A stretch of DNA of 64,000 nucleotides from Macrostomum lignano (taxonomy: Eukaryota): contig NIVC01003425.1 of NCBI GenBank assembly GCA_002269645.1, forward strand, positions 62,001 to 126,000, written 5' to 3'. Below are positions 1 to 12,524 of the stretch, one piece after another. The notes below the pieces were generated by a model. The model was not told the origin of the DNA. It was given only the letters and a program-made list of their open reading frames with translations, and ran no database searches. The position numbers were made by a program, and so were the translations under genes. The first letter of the stretch is position 1, and every line of letters begins with the position of its first letter.

Positions 1-1553
1 GACATGCATAAGCCTGCATAATTCTTTACAGTAGAAACGAGTAATAATTAACACGGCAATCAGGACCCGCTTGCGAGCCTCGGGAAGACAGGCTTAGGGA
101 CATATCATGATTAAAAGTTGAAAATGGAACCACAAATAAACAAAATTATGTAAGTTAGCTGTATTGGTAATTTCATATTCACAGAGTCAATAAGATTTAA
201 AGCCGGAAAACAATAAAACAATGGATGCTGCCGAAGTAAAAAAACACAATTAAAGTCAAGTCTTCTATTAAAGCAGAATTTTACACGTACAAAAAACTGC
301 TGACCAAAAATGAAATTGCAACAAACCCCCGTAAACAGTGTTAATCCGTCATTTTAGTTTATTTTTTTCGATACAAAACTTAAACAGTCTTTGCCACAGA
401 CAATACAATAACTGCTACTTGTTTCTCAGTAGTAAAATTAGCATTTTTTGCCTTTATTAAATTTTCCCAAGATAATTAATTTAAACTTTACCTAAAGCAG
501 TGACATTTTCTACCTAACCTACCCCAATACGACAATGACAATTGGAGCAGTTGCAACATTTTACTCAGACAGCCGGTCTTGACAATTACGAGTAAAACAC
601 TTGACGATCTGTGCAGTAAAGTGAGAAACCACTTCAGCAACCTGATATCTATGCATCAATATCTGTACAGACAAAAGTGAGCAAAAGCGATACGGTATTC
701 AGTAAAGCCAAAAACTGCCGCGTGTACCGAGCGCATAAGTCAGATTTTTGGAAGACACAAAAAGACGCAATAAAACTTCTCTACAATAGAGTTAAGATTC
801 AGTTGGCCACGAAAACACACTACTGTCAGTAGGCCAGCACACTATTCATATTTACAGACGCAGGTCAGTGAATTAATCTGGTAAAGGACAGAAGGCAACG
901 TGTACGGTAATTTTCTGAATAGAAGTCATCAAAGGACTATTTAACAGTTGGAAGGGTTGGGCGCACTACTTACTCGGCAGTAGTATAGCCAATAGCCCAT
1001 CGTTTCAAAAAAGGAGAGAGAAAAGCTCACCCCGGATTGGCAACCAGTACTAAAACCAAAAAAGTCTTATTGACACAATATAAGCCAACTGCGCTACTGT
1101 TCAGTAGGCAGCCTGCGCATTTTACAATCTAAAAAATCAAAACACCAAGGAAAACAAAGAAATTAAGATTTATAAATATGCGTGGAAAAATAATAAAATA
1201 AGGAAATTGGGATTACATGAGATTCAGTAAAACGGGATAACGGTTGATGGGGCAGTGAAAGGTGGTTTACATGCGGGGATGTATATATGAATATATCAAA
1301 TGTATATATTAATATCAAAAACACTTCAATAAAAGGTTGTTAGGCTTTAATGAATATAATTAACCATTTTTGTCAATAACAAGGCAAAATTTGTCCGGAA
1401 GACTTGAAATTTACCAAGTAAATTCAGAAATAATTCCGACAGCAACACGGTGTTGAGAGAACCGATTCATTAGTCATTAATTTTCCTCTCTAGGCAAGCT
1501 TTTCGGCGCAATATGGAACTTTTGTTGTGTTGGAAGTTGTTTGCTCAAAATGG

Positions 1554-1910
1554 GACTTGGCGGCACAGATCAAAGGACTGAGGAAGGGTGGACTTGGCGG
1601 CACAGATCAAAGGACTGAGGAAGGGTGGACTTGGCGGCACAGATCAAAGGACTGAGGAAGGTTAGACTTGCCGGCAAAGATCAAAGGACTGAGGAAGGTT
1701 AGACTTGCCGGCAAAGATCAAAGGACTGAGGAAGGTTAGACTTGCCGGCAAAGATCAAAGGACTAAGGGTAGACTTGGCGGCACAGATCAAAGGACTGAG
1801 GAAGGTTAGACTTGGCGGCACAGATCAAAGGACTAAGGGTGGACTTGGCGGCACAGATCAAAGGACTGAGGAAGGGTGAACTTGGCGGCACAGATCAAAG
1901 GACTGAGGAA
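1554..1910. repeat. 37-bp minisatellite, ~10 copies
   Basis: Unit gacttggcggcacagatcaaaggactgaggaagggtg; starts at 1554 and 1591. Confidence 0.95.
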
Positions 1911-2004
1911 GAAAAACAAAATGACAAACAGAAACTACAGGCCTGCAATCCCAGACTGAGTAGACAATCTGACAGACTACAGTTTCCATCCCATCAGGCT
2001 ACAG

Positions 2005-3031
2005 CTACAATTGTGGCGCACTGGGACCGGCAGTCAACAGCTTGTGCTGCAACCAGATCGCTTTCAATGCGTTAGCAACTTCTGGGCTGAGTGGCGGCGG
2101 TGGCGGTGGCTGCTGCTGCTGCTGCCGATGTTGAGGCTGCTGATGAGCAACCGCTGGCGAATGCAGAGGCGGCGGCGGAGGCGGTGGCGTCAGCTGAATT
2201 GCGGCTAAAATGCGAACGACAAAAATGCATTTGTTTCAGGCCCTGATCGCGCTACTTATAGTAGAAATATAAAGAAGTAGCGGTAGAAACGATGTCTAAA
2301 AATCATACACGCGGTGAAAATACGCAGTTGAGGCGTGCCAGAGTCGCTGTACAATCACCGAGTTGCGTCTAAAGCGCATCTGCTTCAGTCAATGAAACTA
2401 GAATATAGAGTAACTCACGTTGCGCAGTCAGGCCCTGGCCGGCCGCATGAGTGGTGTAGTGCTTCCTGAGATAATCTGCCCTAGCAAAGCCTTTGCCGCA
2501 GAGTTCGCAGCGGTGCGGCTTGCAGCCGGAGTGCACGGTGCGCACGTGCCGGTTCAGGGTGGACCGGTCGAAGAACTCCCGGTCGCAGGCGGTGCAGGCC
2601 AGGCGGGTGGCGGCCGCAGAAGCTCCGCTGGCACCGACAGCGGATGGCGAAGGTCTCAGCGGCTCCGGCTGAGGCGATGCAAACCCTTTTCCCGCGGCGC
2701 CGTCTTTGATTGACAAGTCGAGCGGCGCCAGGGAGCAGCCGCCGCCACCGGCGCCCGTGTCAATGTCGGCCTCATCATCGTCCTCGTCCTCCTGGTCGAT
2801 GTCCTTGAGCTCGTTGTCTCCGCCTCTGAGCAGCAGCAGACTGCTGTGTCTGATATCAAATTTTGCCTCTGTGTCTTTTTTAGCTTCATAATGCCGCGGC
2901 AAAAGACTGATGGATCGGGACGGCGGCTGCTGCTGCTGGTCCTGCGGCTGCTCCTCCAGCGGCGATGGTGGAGACGGCGGCGGCCGCGGCACGGGGCCGC
3001 GCAGCGAGATGACTGGCTTCCGCCGCATGGC
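2005..3031 (-). CDS. C2H2 zinc-finger transcription factor with CtBP-binding PLDLS motif (last two exons: 3031-2419, 2204-2005)
   Basis: Two C2H2 fingers (CTACDREFFDRSTLNRHVRTVH; CELCGKGFARADYLRKHYTTH) and PLDLS. Acceptor ttgcag|3031, donor 2419|gtgagt, acceptor ttttag|2204. Phase-1 join gives an open Pro/Gln-rich exon ending at TAG 2007-2005. In-frame ATG at 3028; a candidate upstream ATG|gtaag exon end at 7468-7466. Confidence 0.85.
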
Positions 3032-3999
3032 CTGCAAGGTACATAAATTTTTAAGGTTTCAAAGTTCAAAGCCTTCAATATACAGTAGCACTGAGAGCTT
3101 TCCGCTCTGTATAGCATGCCAGCTACATAGCCAAATTCAAAACCGTCATCAATCAATCCAATCCAAGTTTAAAATTGGTCTGCAGACACAAAGTATAAAT
3201 TTTATTCAAATTTGAGAATTAATAAGAGTATGAGATGAATACTAATACTTTTAAATAATGCCAACGTGAAGTTGAGATATATGTCAGGACAATTTTAAAA
3301 TGATTTTTATATTAGCTGAAGACCAAGACATGCAGTAAAAATACAAGCTACATTACCTAGGGTAATAATGTACCTTACAATTCTGTAAACTGTCAGCCAA
3401 TAAGGAAATAATTATACAGCAAATAAGCTTAAGCTATGTGAATACATTTGTATGCATTGCTAAGGCCTATAGAAACTAAAATAAAAAACTATTTTCAACA
3501 TATAGGCACAACTGCTATTTGACAAGCCAAACTAACTAGCACTAGCATGATTGTGGTAGATCAGGGTAAGTCACAAAATTTATGACTTTTAGTTTATTTA
3601 TGATTTATCTTGCTAGTGCAAGTGACAATGTTGCAGCAAGTCAATTGGCAAAGTAGGTAATAATATCTTCAACATATATGCATGACTACTAGAAGACTAG
3701 CAAATACAGCTAATATAATTGTAATAGACAAAGAGTAAGTCATAAAAAGATTTATTTTTTTAGGAATTTGACAATAAATTGAAGAATTTTTAGATTGTTT
3801 TGAATAATTTGAAGAACTGAATACAATTCTTAAATCAAAGCCTAGTCACATTTAATTTCAGGGATTATATATAACAATCCAAAATTAGGTAAAAATAGTA
3901 CTAATTCCTTTTTCTTTAAATTCCAATATAATTACTGCTTTGTAAAGTTTTATAACAAGAACCATTTTAACATCTATGCAACAAACCAAAAAACTGTCA

Positions 4000-5000
4000 C
4001 ACCCTTTGCCAAGTGAATGTATTATATATAGAATTTTTACTTTTCTCCCATTCTAGATAGCAGTTAGCTCCACATTAGATCTTAATAGAGAATTAGATAT
4101 AAGCTGGTTCACTGCAGTTAATGAGCAAATTGATGGATCTAAAGTTGAACATTACCAGTGACTAGGAAAAAGAACAGTGATAAGATATGAGAACTATGGC
4201 ATCTTGTTGAAGATAGCACTGATGTCAGGCTAGTACCTGTCTGAGTTCCTCTTGCGTATCAAAAGTTAGACCCAATTTGCAACATCCTAAGATTGTGAAC
4301 AGAAAGAAGAGTAATTGTATCAAGCAGAATGGTCCCAACATATGTGCTGAACTAGGAATACATAGTTGATATGGGAAAACTTATTGGAATTATTTTGCTA
4401 TGTTGGACTTGCAGAGACAGCGCATCTGGATTCTATACTTGTTCCTCTTCATTAGGATATATTGCTTGAACAGCAGTCTTCCTTTGTATAGCATAAGACT
4501 TATTGGTATATAACTGCTTATAAAGCCTATATCTTAGCCAAGGGATCCCCTATCCAGAGCCTCAATGCAATCATCAAGATGCAAATAAGATTAAGCTCTA
4601 CTTGAATCTGTCTCTAAGAAGACAACAAGGCTTAGCAAGAAGTGCACAAGTGAAAAGCTAAACTGTATAGCCAATAGCTAGAGATTTCAAGTCTTGTCTA
4701 GTCTTATTGACCTACCTATGGAATTTTCAGATTCTCACATCAATTGAAGCCAAACAATTGTTTGATGATAGACTGGGCTATCAAAATTTGTCTACAAATG
4801 AAGGTTGTGGCATAGCTTAGCTTTGCCATATTTTTCTTTGCCTAGGCTATCATGTTTTCACAGATAGCTGGTTCACTTCTTATAGACTTGCTATATGGTT
4901 GCTACAATCTTTTTATTTTTCTTATTGTCATGGTATACAAAAACTTGACATTGTTTTACATTGAAGTAAATTATGCTATTTAGCTATGCTATGCTATTTG
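4000..5000 (-). mobile_element. Decayed piggyBac-family transposase (boundaries approximate)
   Basis: Minus strand 4500-4405 reads SLMLYKGRLLFKQYILMKRNKYRIQMRCLCKS, matching the piggyBac DESM.xKGR..xKQYxPxKxxKxGxK region. Upstream remnants RDRFK* (4618-4598) and DPLAKI* (4549-4527). Many stops and frameshifts. Confidence 0.7.
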
Positions 5001-5359
5001 TAATAGAAAAGAAGAGTAGAGAAACAAAATATCAATTATTAGTTTTCAATTTTTTCTATTATAGCATAAGTAGTGCAATTGTGTAATCACTGTATATGCA
5101 ATCAATCTGAACCTATCTTATTACCTAAGCACTTGTACAACTTAGTGGCACTTAATAGGCTTGCAAAAGATAAAGCAAGTATACCTATTGAGGTAGAAGC
5201 CAGCATAATAATTGCAAACTTGCTAAAAGAAATTGACAAAAGGGGATGAGAAATTTGAGAAATACACTCCTAGAGAAGACATTCAAAACTGGCTCATTTT
5301 GCTTGAACCCCTATTAGAGTAAATATAGAAACCCTACTTAATAAATACTTTTCATTGGC

Positions 5360-5545
5360 TGAGACCATGCTTGGGAGCAACCTAAGGATTTACCTGGCTG
5401 TTTCTTTTGGCAATACACATGTAAATTGCTATTGGATGGAATAGTAGTCATGTGACTGCTCTTAGCCAATAGCAACTTATATGTGTATATTGCCAATAGA
5501 AATGACCAAGTGATTCCAATGGTTGCGCATGCATAGCTAAGACTA
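5360..5545. repeat. Imperfect palindrome / MITE-like hairpin
   Basis: tttggcaatacacatgtaaattgctattgg is mirrored by ccaatagcaacttatatgtgtatattgccaata; pairing extends outward with mismatches. Confidence 0.6.
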
Positions 5546-8399
5546 AGGTTGTGTCTTTAGCTTTTGCTAGTTGGAGTGCATTTATTAGTTGGAAGTACAT
5601 TTGAACTAGATTAAAACTTTCAGGGCCAAAATGTATTACTTCATTGCAATAGTATCTACTTTGACTCTAGTTGTGACACTAGAATATTAAAATTATGATG
5701 GATAGTCAGATACCTTTGCCCACTAATCTAATAGGGGATTGAATAGCAATTCAAGAGCAAAAAGCTTAGTGAATTAAAAAAGAATATAAAAAAGAACTAT
5801 TTACTATTGTATTCTTAACAAATGCAAATTCAAATGCTTATTTTATATCTATGGCTTAGCCATGCTCAAATATATAGATAAGTAAGTTGCAGCCCCAAAG
5901 GCTGATTATTTCTTTTCTAGCACAAGAGCTAGCATACCAATAATACAACATTTACAAATTTAAATATTCTAAAAGAGAGTAAGCATAGAATGAACAATAG
6001 AAAAAAGAACTTTTAATATTAATATATTTGACAAAGAAGTATCAAATGAGTACAATGTGAATAAAGCACAGAAACAAAAGATATGAATAAAAGCTTAAAG
6101 TAAATATATTAGTAGACTTAGAGTGCCTAGTCATTTTATCTTTGTTCTGATAATAATCTTTACAAATATAAGCCTAAAGCCTAAAGACCAAGCGAGATTA
6201 GTAAAAGCAAACATTGTAGCTAATGCCAAACCAAATTTAAAAAGACATAGATTCAATAAGTAGGCTTGAACCAAATCTTGGCCATTGTTTCTTCTATAAT
6301 TAACTAGGACCTATGAGACCATAGCCCATAGGTAAGATACTATTACCATTGCCAGATTAGCTTCAGCCTTCAATTGATATACCTAGCAGAGGCAACAGAG
6401 CCTAATATTTTAGGGGGAGGGGCACTGGGTACAGACAGGGCAATGGGGGCACAGGTACCTTTATAAGCTGCTAATAAGGGCCTAAAATCAGAAAAAGCAT
6501 TAAAAATTAACATGTGGTCTGTGGACTCATTTTCTGGGGGAGGGGGCATGAGAATATGCCCCTAGTGCCACAAGCTCTTGCCGCCCATGATTCCCAGCAG
6601 AAGCTCCCATAAGATATCATAAGAAAGTGACTATAAAGTAGGCCTAATATATAAATTTTGATAATAATAGCTTAATAATAGCCTAATTTTAGATATAGCT
6701 AAGCCAATAAAATTTCATATAGGCCTAGGTCTATTTATTTGTAATTAATTAAATGCACATTTAGTCTAATACTAATAGTGTCCCTCAAAATCATGGTCAT
6801 GGTATTGTTTTTTCTAATCTATGGTCGATTAGGCTGTTTTATGTTTTGTTAGGCATATATAGTAATAGTTGTAGGCCTATCCATATTAGCATGTATTGAT
6901 ATAGTAATAAAGTATACTGTAGGTATAAGTAGGCCTATGTATGCTAATCAGCATAATATAGTTGTTGTTATGCTGTATGTGTATATGTATTAAAATGCGT
7001 ATCTAGAGCCTGTCTCTGATTAGCGGTATAGGCCCTAGTTTGCCTGATCGCCCCTAGGGCCTAGTCAATGAGGCCTTGACACTTGAAGGCGGCGTAGGCC
7101 CCTAGAACTAGAACTAACTAGGCCTAACACGAACAGCCTACAATAGTTTAAAAGAATTAAAGACAAAAACAAACGTATAAAAATATGTGTATAGTCATAC
7201 AGATCATAACATATCAAACTCGCCAGACAAGAGTGGTTGAGATGATTAACAGGGTCTAATCAAGCATTTCGTTAATATCTTGACAACAAAAAATGCTATC
7301 TACCGGTTTCTACCGCTGCGTCACAACTTTTCATTGCATGTATTTGTTTATATAAAATGCCATATAAAAAGTTTAAAATGTTTTTTTAACTTTGCTATCA
7401 CCACAAAAACATGCGATTAGCCTAAAGCCGCTTTTAACTCTACGTAGCTTTGTTTAGACGCTTACCATTTTTATGTTTTATATTCAAATTTGAAAAAAGT
7501 AATTTTTTCCATGAACTTCAAAGTATTCTTATTATAAAATAGAGACACACACAGATTGAGGCAGGGCGCTGCATGTTACACATTACACTTAGAGTTGGAC
7601 TAATAATTGTATAATTTATGTTAAGCAATTTTTACAAGTGTCAAGGAACCGACAAACTTTATGCCAGTTCTGAGCCATCATTTTAATTAAAATTCAGTTA
7701 AATCTAGCATTTTGTGATAGTTTTACTTAAAATGAAAAATGAAGTTCTCTGGCCTACCATAACATGATATTTATATGGCTAAGATGAATTTAATTTTCGT
7801 TTTCTTTAAACCAGTAGGTCAATAGGCTACTTAGAATAATGAAATCTAGTCTAATGTGCAATTGCTGCTCTGCTTTTGCCTTTTGTTTTGTTGGGTGTCT
7901 AAATCTTTAGGGCCTATTTATTTAATATTAGAATTGGGGCACTCAATATTCGCATGGTACCACGTAAATCGGGCTTTCATTGAGGTAAGGTGGCACGCTT
8001 TAGAAGGCAAAGAAATATAAAAGTGAAAATCAACATAGATTATATTATAATGCTATTCTTTTGACGTGTTTTGGTCCAACTAGGCTAGGGCCATCTTCAG
8101 GTCTACTATCTTTTTAGTCACATAACAACTTTTATAAGAGATAAGTGAACAAATGTTTACTGTACAGTCCAATGGGCATATCATGGGCAGAATTTCCAAA
8201 GTAAATAAAATCTTATTTACTTTGAAAATAATTTGAGTAGAGATTTAATTTAATTTTAATTTTAATTTTTAACTTTATTAAGCAGCTTTTCAACTGCTTA
8301 GAAAAAAAAACAGCTTAAATAAGTAGAGTGTCAACTGTCAATGAGTCCTGCTACTTACTAGGGCCTAGTACAGTCTATATTAATGCAAAGAATCAGTCA

Positions 8400-10800
8400 A
8401 GTCAGTCATGTTGAAACTTTTTCTGCGCAATAGATGCAAGCAAAGGTGTCATAGCTGCCAGCTCAGCAGTCTTCCTCTTTAAAACTGATTGCATAATTCG
8501 CTCTAACTCTTCTTCATTCCTTTTCCAAATATGATCCTTCGCCTTTTGAAGCTCTTCAAGCTCATTTTCGTGCATCTCTGCTTTCTACGAAGCTTCTTTA
8601 AGCAACAGAAGTGCAACACTATTTTCTTTTTTCCCTAATTTCCATTGCATTTGAAACATCCATTTGCAAAGAGCTGAATTGCTTGCTAGCTTTCTTTTCT
8701 GCCTCCACTTTAGTGAGCACCTCTTTCATTAGCTTTTTATAGCGCTCTCACTCTGCTTCCGCTGCCTTATCCTTCAGTCTCTATCAGTATGCCAAATGAG
8801 CACTTGCGCACATGTTTGGAGAGCTAAGGTGACAGGCAGATTTGTAGCAGTCCATTTCTTTATAGACAAACAGGAACAAGTGACAATTAACTTAAGGCCT
8901 TGATAGTGAAGGGTGCCAAACTCATCTGCTTCTTAGTAACTAAAATGTCCCAAACCATAAACTAGACTCAAGACTCGCTCAAATTCAGCATTCCCATGTG
9001 GGAGAATGAGAAGTGCTTTGACAAATCTGATAGAGGATGATTACTAGCCTTAGATACAGACTCCCAAAGCTCAATAACATTTGACAACTCTAACTCTAGA
9101 ATCTCTGTCTAGTGTAGACATACCTCAACTTCCACATTGCCAATCTCCATATCAGTGAAAGCAAATGACATTTCTGCCGCAAGGGTTGTAACCCACTTAA
9201 CATACAATAAATTACACTGCTCCTTCAGATCCAGCATTTTCAGGCCTTGACAAACTTACTCTTGAAGGGCAAGTAGTCCTTAGTTTTTCAGTTCCAACTC
9301 GGAAGAATTTTTTCATTGCTTGAAGACACACTTGCTAGTCATTAGCACTCATGTAAACAAACAATCGCTTTGCTGGCTCACCCATCCTAATGCTATAGGG
9401 CCCTAGCCAGACAGCTGGATCATCCAAGTTGACTTTCCATGGATGCCACTTGGAAAGCTTGGCCAAATCTACAAATTGCAACAGCTAGCACTTTATCAAG
9501 TCTAGCATTTGAATGTGTAGGATGTGGAGCTAGGAGCTTTCCTACTAGAAAAGAAGCTCAAAATGCTAAATTGGCTGCAAAACCTCGACTAAGAAGCAAA
9601 GAAAGAACTCAGTCTTTGGATCTCTTAGGGCCTTTTTATGGTACCAGTGTGCAGCCTTGAGTCTCTACTCTTGATGTTCAGTTCCAAAAAGAACTTATCA
9701 ATTGGTGCATATAGATAGAGCACTTGTTCAAGGATAGGCAGCACTTGGAGCCACCAGGTGTCCACAGGTCTGAGGAATGCCAGCTTCTTTATCTCACAGA
9801 AGCTGTCAGCTAGAATGTCATCAAAACCATCCAACTGCACTATCTTAAAGAAGGCGTAGATCTTCTTAAGCAAGTGTTCTATTGACACTCCAAGGTCTAA
9901 AGAACCACAGGCATATCTAGCCACGTTAGTGACATGGTGTAAGGAACAGCCTCCTAGATTGATTATGTTAGGAAACCCGTTGGTTTTTAGCCTAACAACT
10001 GTACCACTCTTGACACCACGCATAGCGTTATAACTGTCACTCATAATAGAGAGACAGTTGTTGCTATTGATTCTACACTCCAACATTGACTGATGGATGG
10101 AAGTCGCCATTGCCTCTGCTGTTATAGACTTTAATTTACACAAGTCAATGCAGACCACTTTAACATCAAAAGACAAGCTGGGCAGGAAGTGGGCAACTAC
10201 TCCAAGGTATTTGGATCCTTTATTAGCCTCATTGATTTGGAGCGAGAACCATTTAGCTGTGCGGATCTCTTGCAGCACTACTTCTCTAATGTATAGAAAC
10301 AATGCATCCTAAAAGAGGTAAGCAATCTTGCTTTCATGGAGCTGCATACGGGGAGGAATCTTTGAATCTCGACAAATCGCAGCAATATTCTCAGTGAGAT
10401 ATTCTGATTCGAAGCTGCGTGCCTTGATTACAAGTCTTATAACACTTCGGATCTCAGCTGCCCATGTATCAGCAATTGTACTGCTTGTGTCTAATGTAGT
10501 TGAAGCAACTGTATTGCCTGAGCTGGCTTCAGCAGCGCCTTCAACATCAGTTTGGGTTTGAGTCACCACCGGCAGTGGAGCGCAGTTCTTTCTACTGGAC
10601 AAAATCTTTTTATGTTTGCCAGCCTCTGCGTGGCTTCTAAAGTTGGTCAGGCCACTTTTTATTTCAAAAGTTTTGGCACCAGTTGCAGCGCACTGTGCTA
10701 CTCTCACTGTTGAGCTTCTTTGCCCAGATACCAATCTTTTTGCCATTGTTATCAGTGCACTCCAGCCAGTCTTCATTCCAAGCCACTGGTAACCTCAGGC
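8400..10800 (-). mobile_element. hAT-superfamily transposase pseudogene (BED-like finger, DDE core, dimerization domain)
   Basis: ORFs 10776-10309 and 10302-9625 are separated by a stop. Motifs: WFSLQINEAN (first catalytic D now N), SDSYNAMRG, CSLHH (CxxH), PVDTWWL. Downstream ~9020-8960 reads LLILPHGNAEFERVLS (hAT dimerization motif). Confidence 0.85.
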
Positions 10801-11299
10801 TATTACTTAGGCTCATGGAGACGCTGGATTGAGTTGTTGAATGGCTGAAAGTATCAAAAGATAAACAAAAGGTATAAGCAGACTATGCTTGCTTTTACAA
10901 ATCCATATTTGCATAGATAACACATCTATCTATCTCATGATATTTATTATTAGCCGAATCCTAAAATCTACACATTTAACAAAATAAAATGTTTGATTAA
11001 GACAATAAAAAACATGTTGATAGCTTCATTTTATTCAAGTACTGCACAATAAAGAATAAAGAATAAAGAATTCAATAGTCATAAATTTATTTAATAACCA
11101 TTTGTATGAAGGCCTATTACACAATACAATTCTTTAGAAAAACTTATAAGAAGCATTTTTTTTCACATTCTCCATTGCCTTCAATTTTTGCGATAGGGTG
11201 ATAGAATTCGCATATCCGTGTTATTTTTGCATTTGATGTGAATTTGTGTCATGCCATGGCCACAGCCCATAGAGGTCTATACACTCATAATTTATCAAG

Positions 11300-11606
11300 C
11301 TTAGAGAAGTTCCAAAATTTCAATTTCATTTTCCGAAATTTGAATTTTTTAAGAGCAAATTTTAATTTAAAAAAAATTAAAGTCAAAATTTTGGAAGTGT
11401 CTAAAAAGTCACTAAAAATAAACTAATTTCTGCTACATATACATGTATTTCATTTTGCATAAGCAGTAAATTGAAAGTAAAAAGTGAATGTTGGTCATAC
11501 TAAACTTACTAAACTAAACTTTTTCTGAATTTTTATTTTGGAAAATTTCAATTTCAATTTTGGAAAGTTAGCGAATTTTGATTTCGATGAAATGGAACAT
11601 CTCTAA
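11300..11606. mobile_element. MITE-like element with imperfect terminal inverted repeats
   Basis: ttagagaagttcc... at the left versus ...ggaacatctctaa at the right; AT-rich interior with mirrored aatttcaatttc tracts. Confidence 0.5.
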
Positions 11607-12198
11607 TAATCCTAAAGCACTGTAAAATAGTTTGACTCTTTTCTAAAGTGTGTCTGCGAGTTTTCAACATTTATTCCAATAGGGCTTGACTGAACCAAGG
11701 GTGCAGGGAGTCTGTATTTATAGCCCAAGAATCCCTAGTGCACCTTTGTGCACAAGACCTTCTGACTTTTTCTTTTTTAGAACTGATGTCACTTCCTGCC
11801 AGAGTAAATGCAGGGTCCCCAGGCAAAGTGCACAGGGCTGTGTGACTCAGTGTCTATTTTTAGAAACATGAGTCACCTCTGGCAAGGGCTCTGGGGCACG
11901 TGATTTCCTATCGACACAGACCAGCAAGTGTAGCAAATATGTTTACTGCACTTTAGAACTACAAGAAAACAAGGCTTGTCATATGACTAGGTCATATGAA
12001 AAGGAAAACAGGCCACAATTGTGACCTCAGGAGAGATACCCGTGGCTACAAACAAGAGGGTAGAGAACAGACAGAAAATGAGGGGAGGGCAGCAAACAAG
12101 CAGACAAAAGATAGCAAAAAGCTCTTCTGCAGACAGTCTGGTAGACAGTCTCTGGATGTCTAGCAAAAAAGCATCATAGCATCTATAGTATGTGGTAA

Positions 12199-12315
12199 GA
12201 GGCTGTAGCCTAGTGGTTAGGTGATCAGACTGAAATGAAAGGTTGAGGGGGTTCAATTCTCAACCCATTCGGAAGAAAATTTGTCTCCTTGAGAAGGCAC
12301 CTAACTCTGCACACA
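12199..12315 (+). mobile_element. tRNA-derived SINE, degenerate, with CORE-like body
   Basis: A-box TAGCCTAGTGG, B-box-like GGTTCAATTCT, then gtctccttgagaaggcacctaactctg resembling the CORE consensus. Confidence 0.6.
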
Positions 12316-12524
12316 GTCTGCTTATTTTTTGTTGGGGCTCAGATTTCCTATGAAATGTGATAAGTTTGTGTCCACAAATTGCTACACACTGCTCAAAATA
12401 TCATGAGTTGGGTGAGATGTACACCCGGACCCCCGGACACTGTTCGGACACTTGTGCAATGCAACCTCATTACTTCCAGTCTGCATCAGTGCCAGACGAA
12501 GAAGCAGGTCCAACTTCGTCGTCA

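Noticed and set aside
1-1500. Gene or transposon in the first 1.5 kb
   Set aside because: No ORF, TIR pair or recognisable motif; treated as 3' flank or intergenic DNA.
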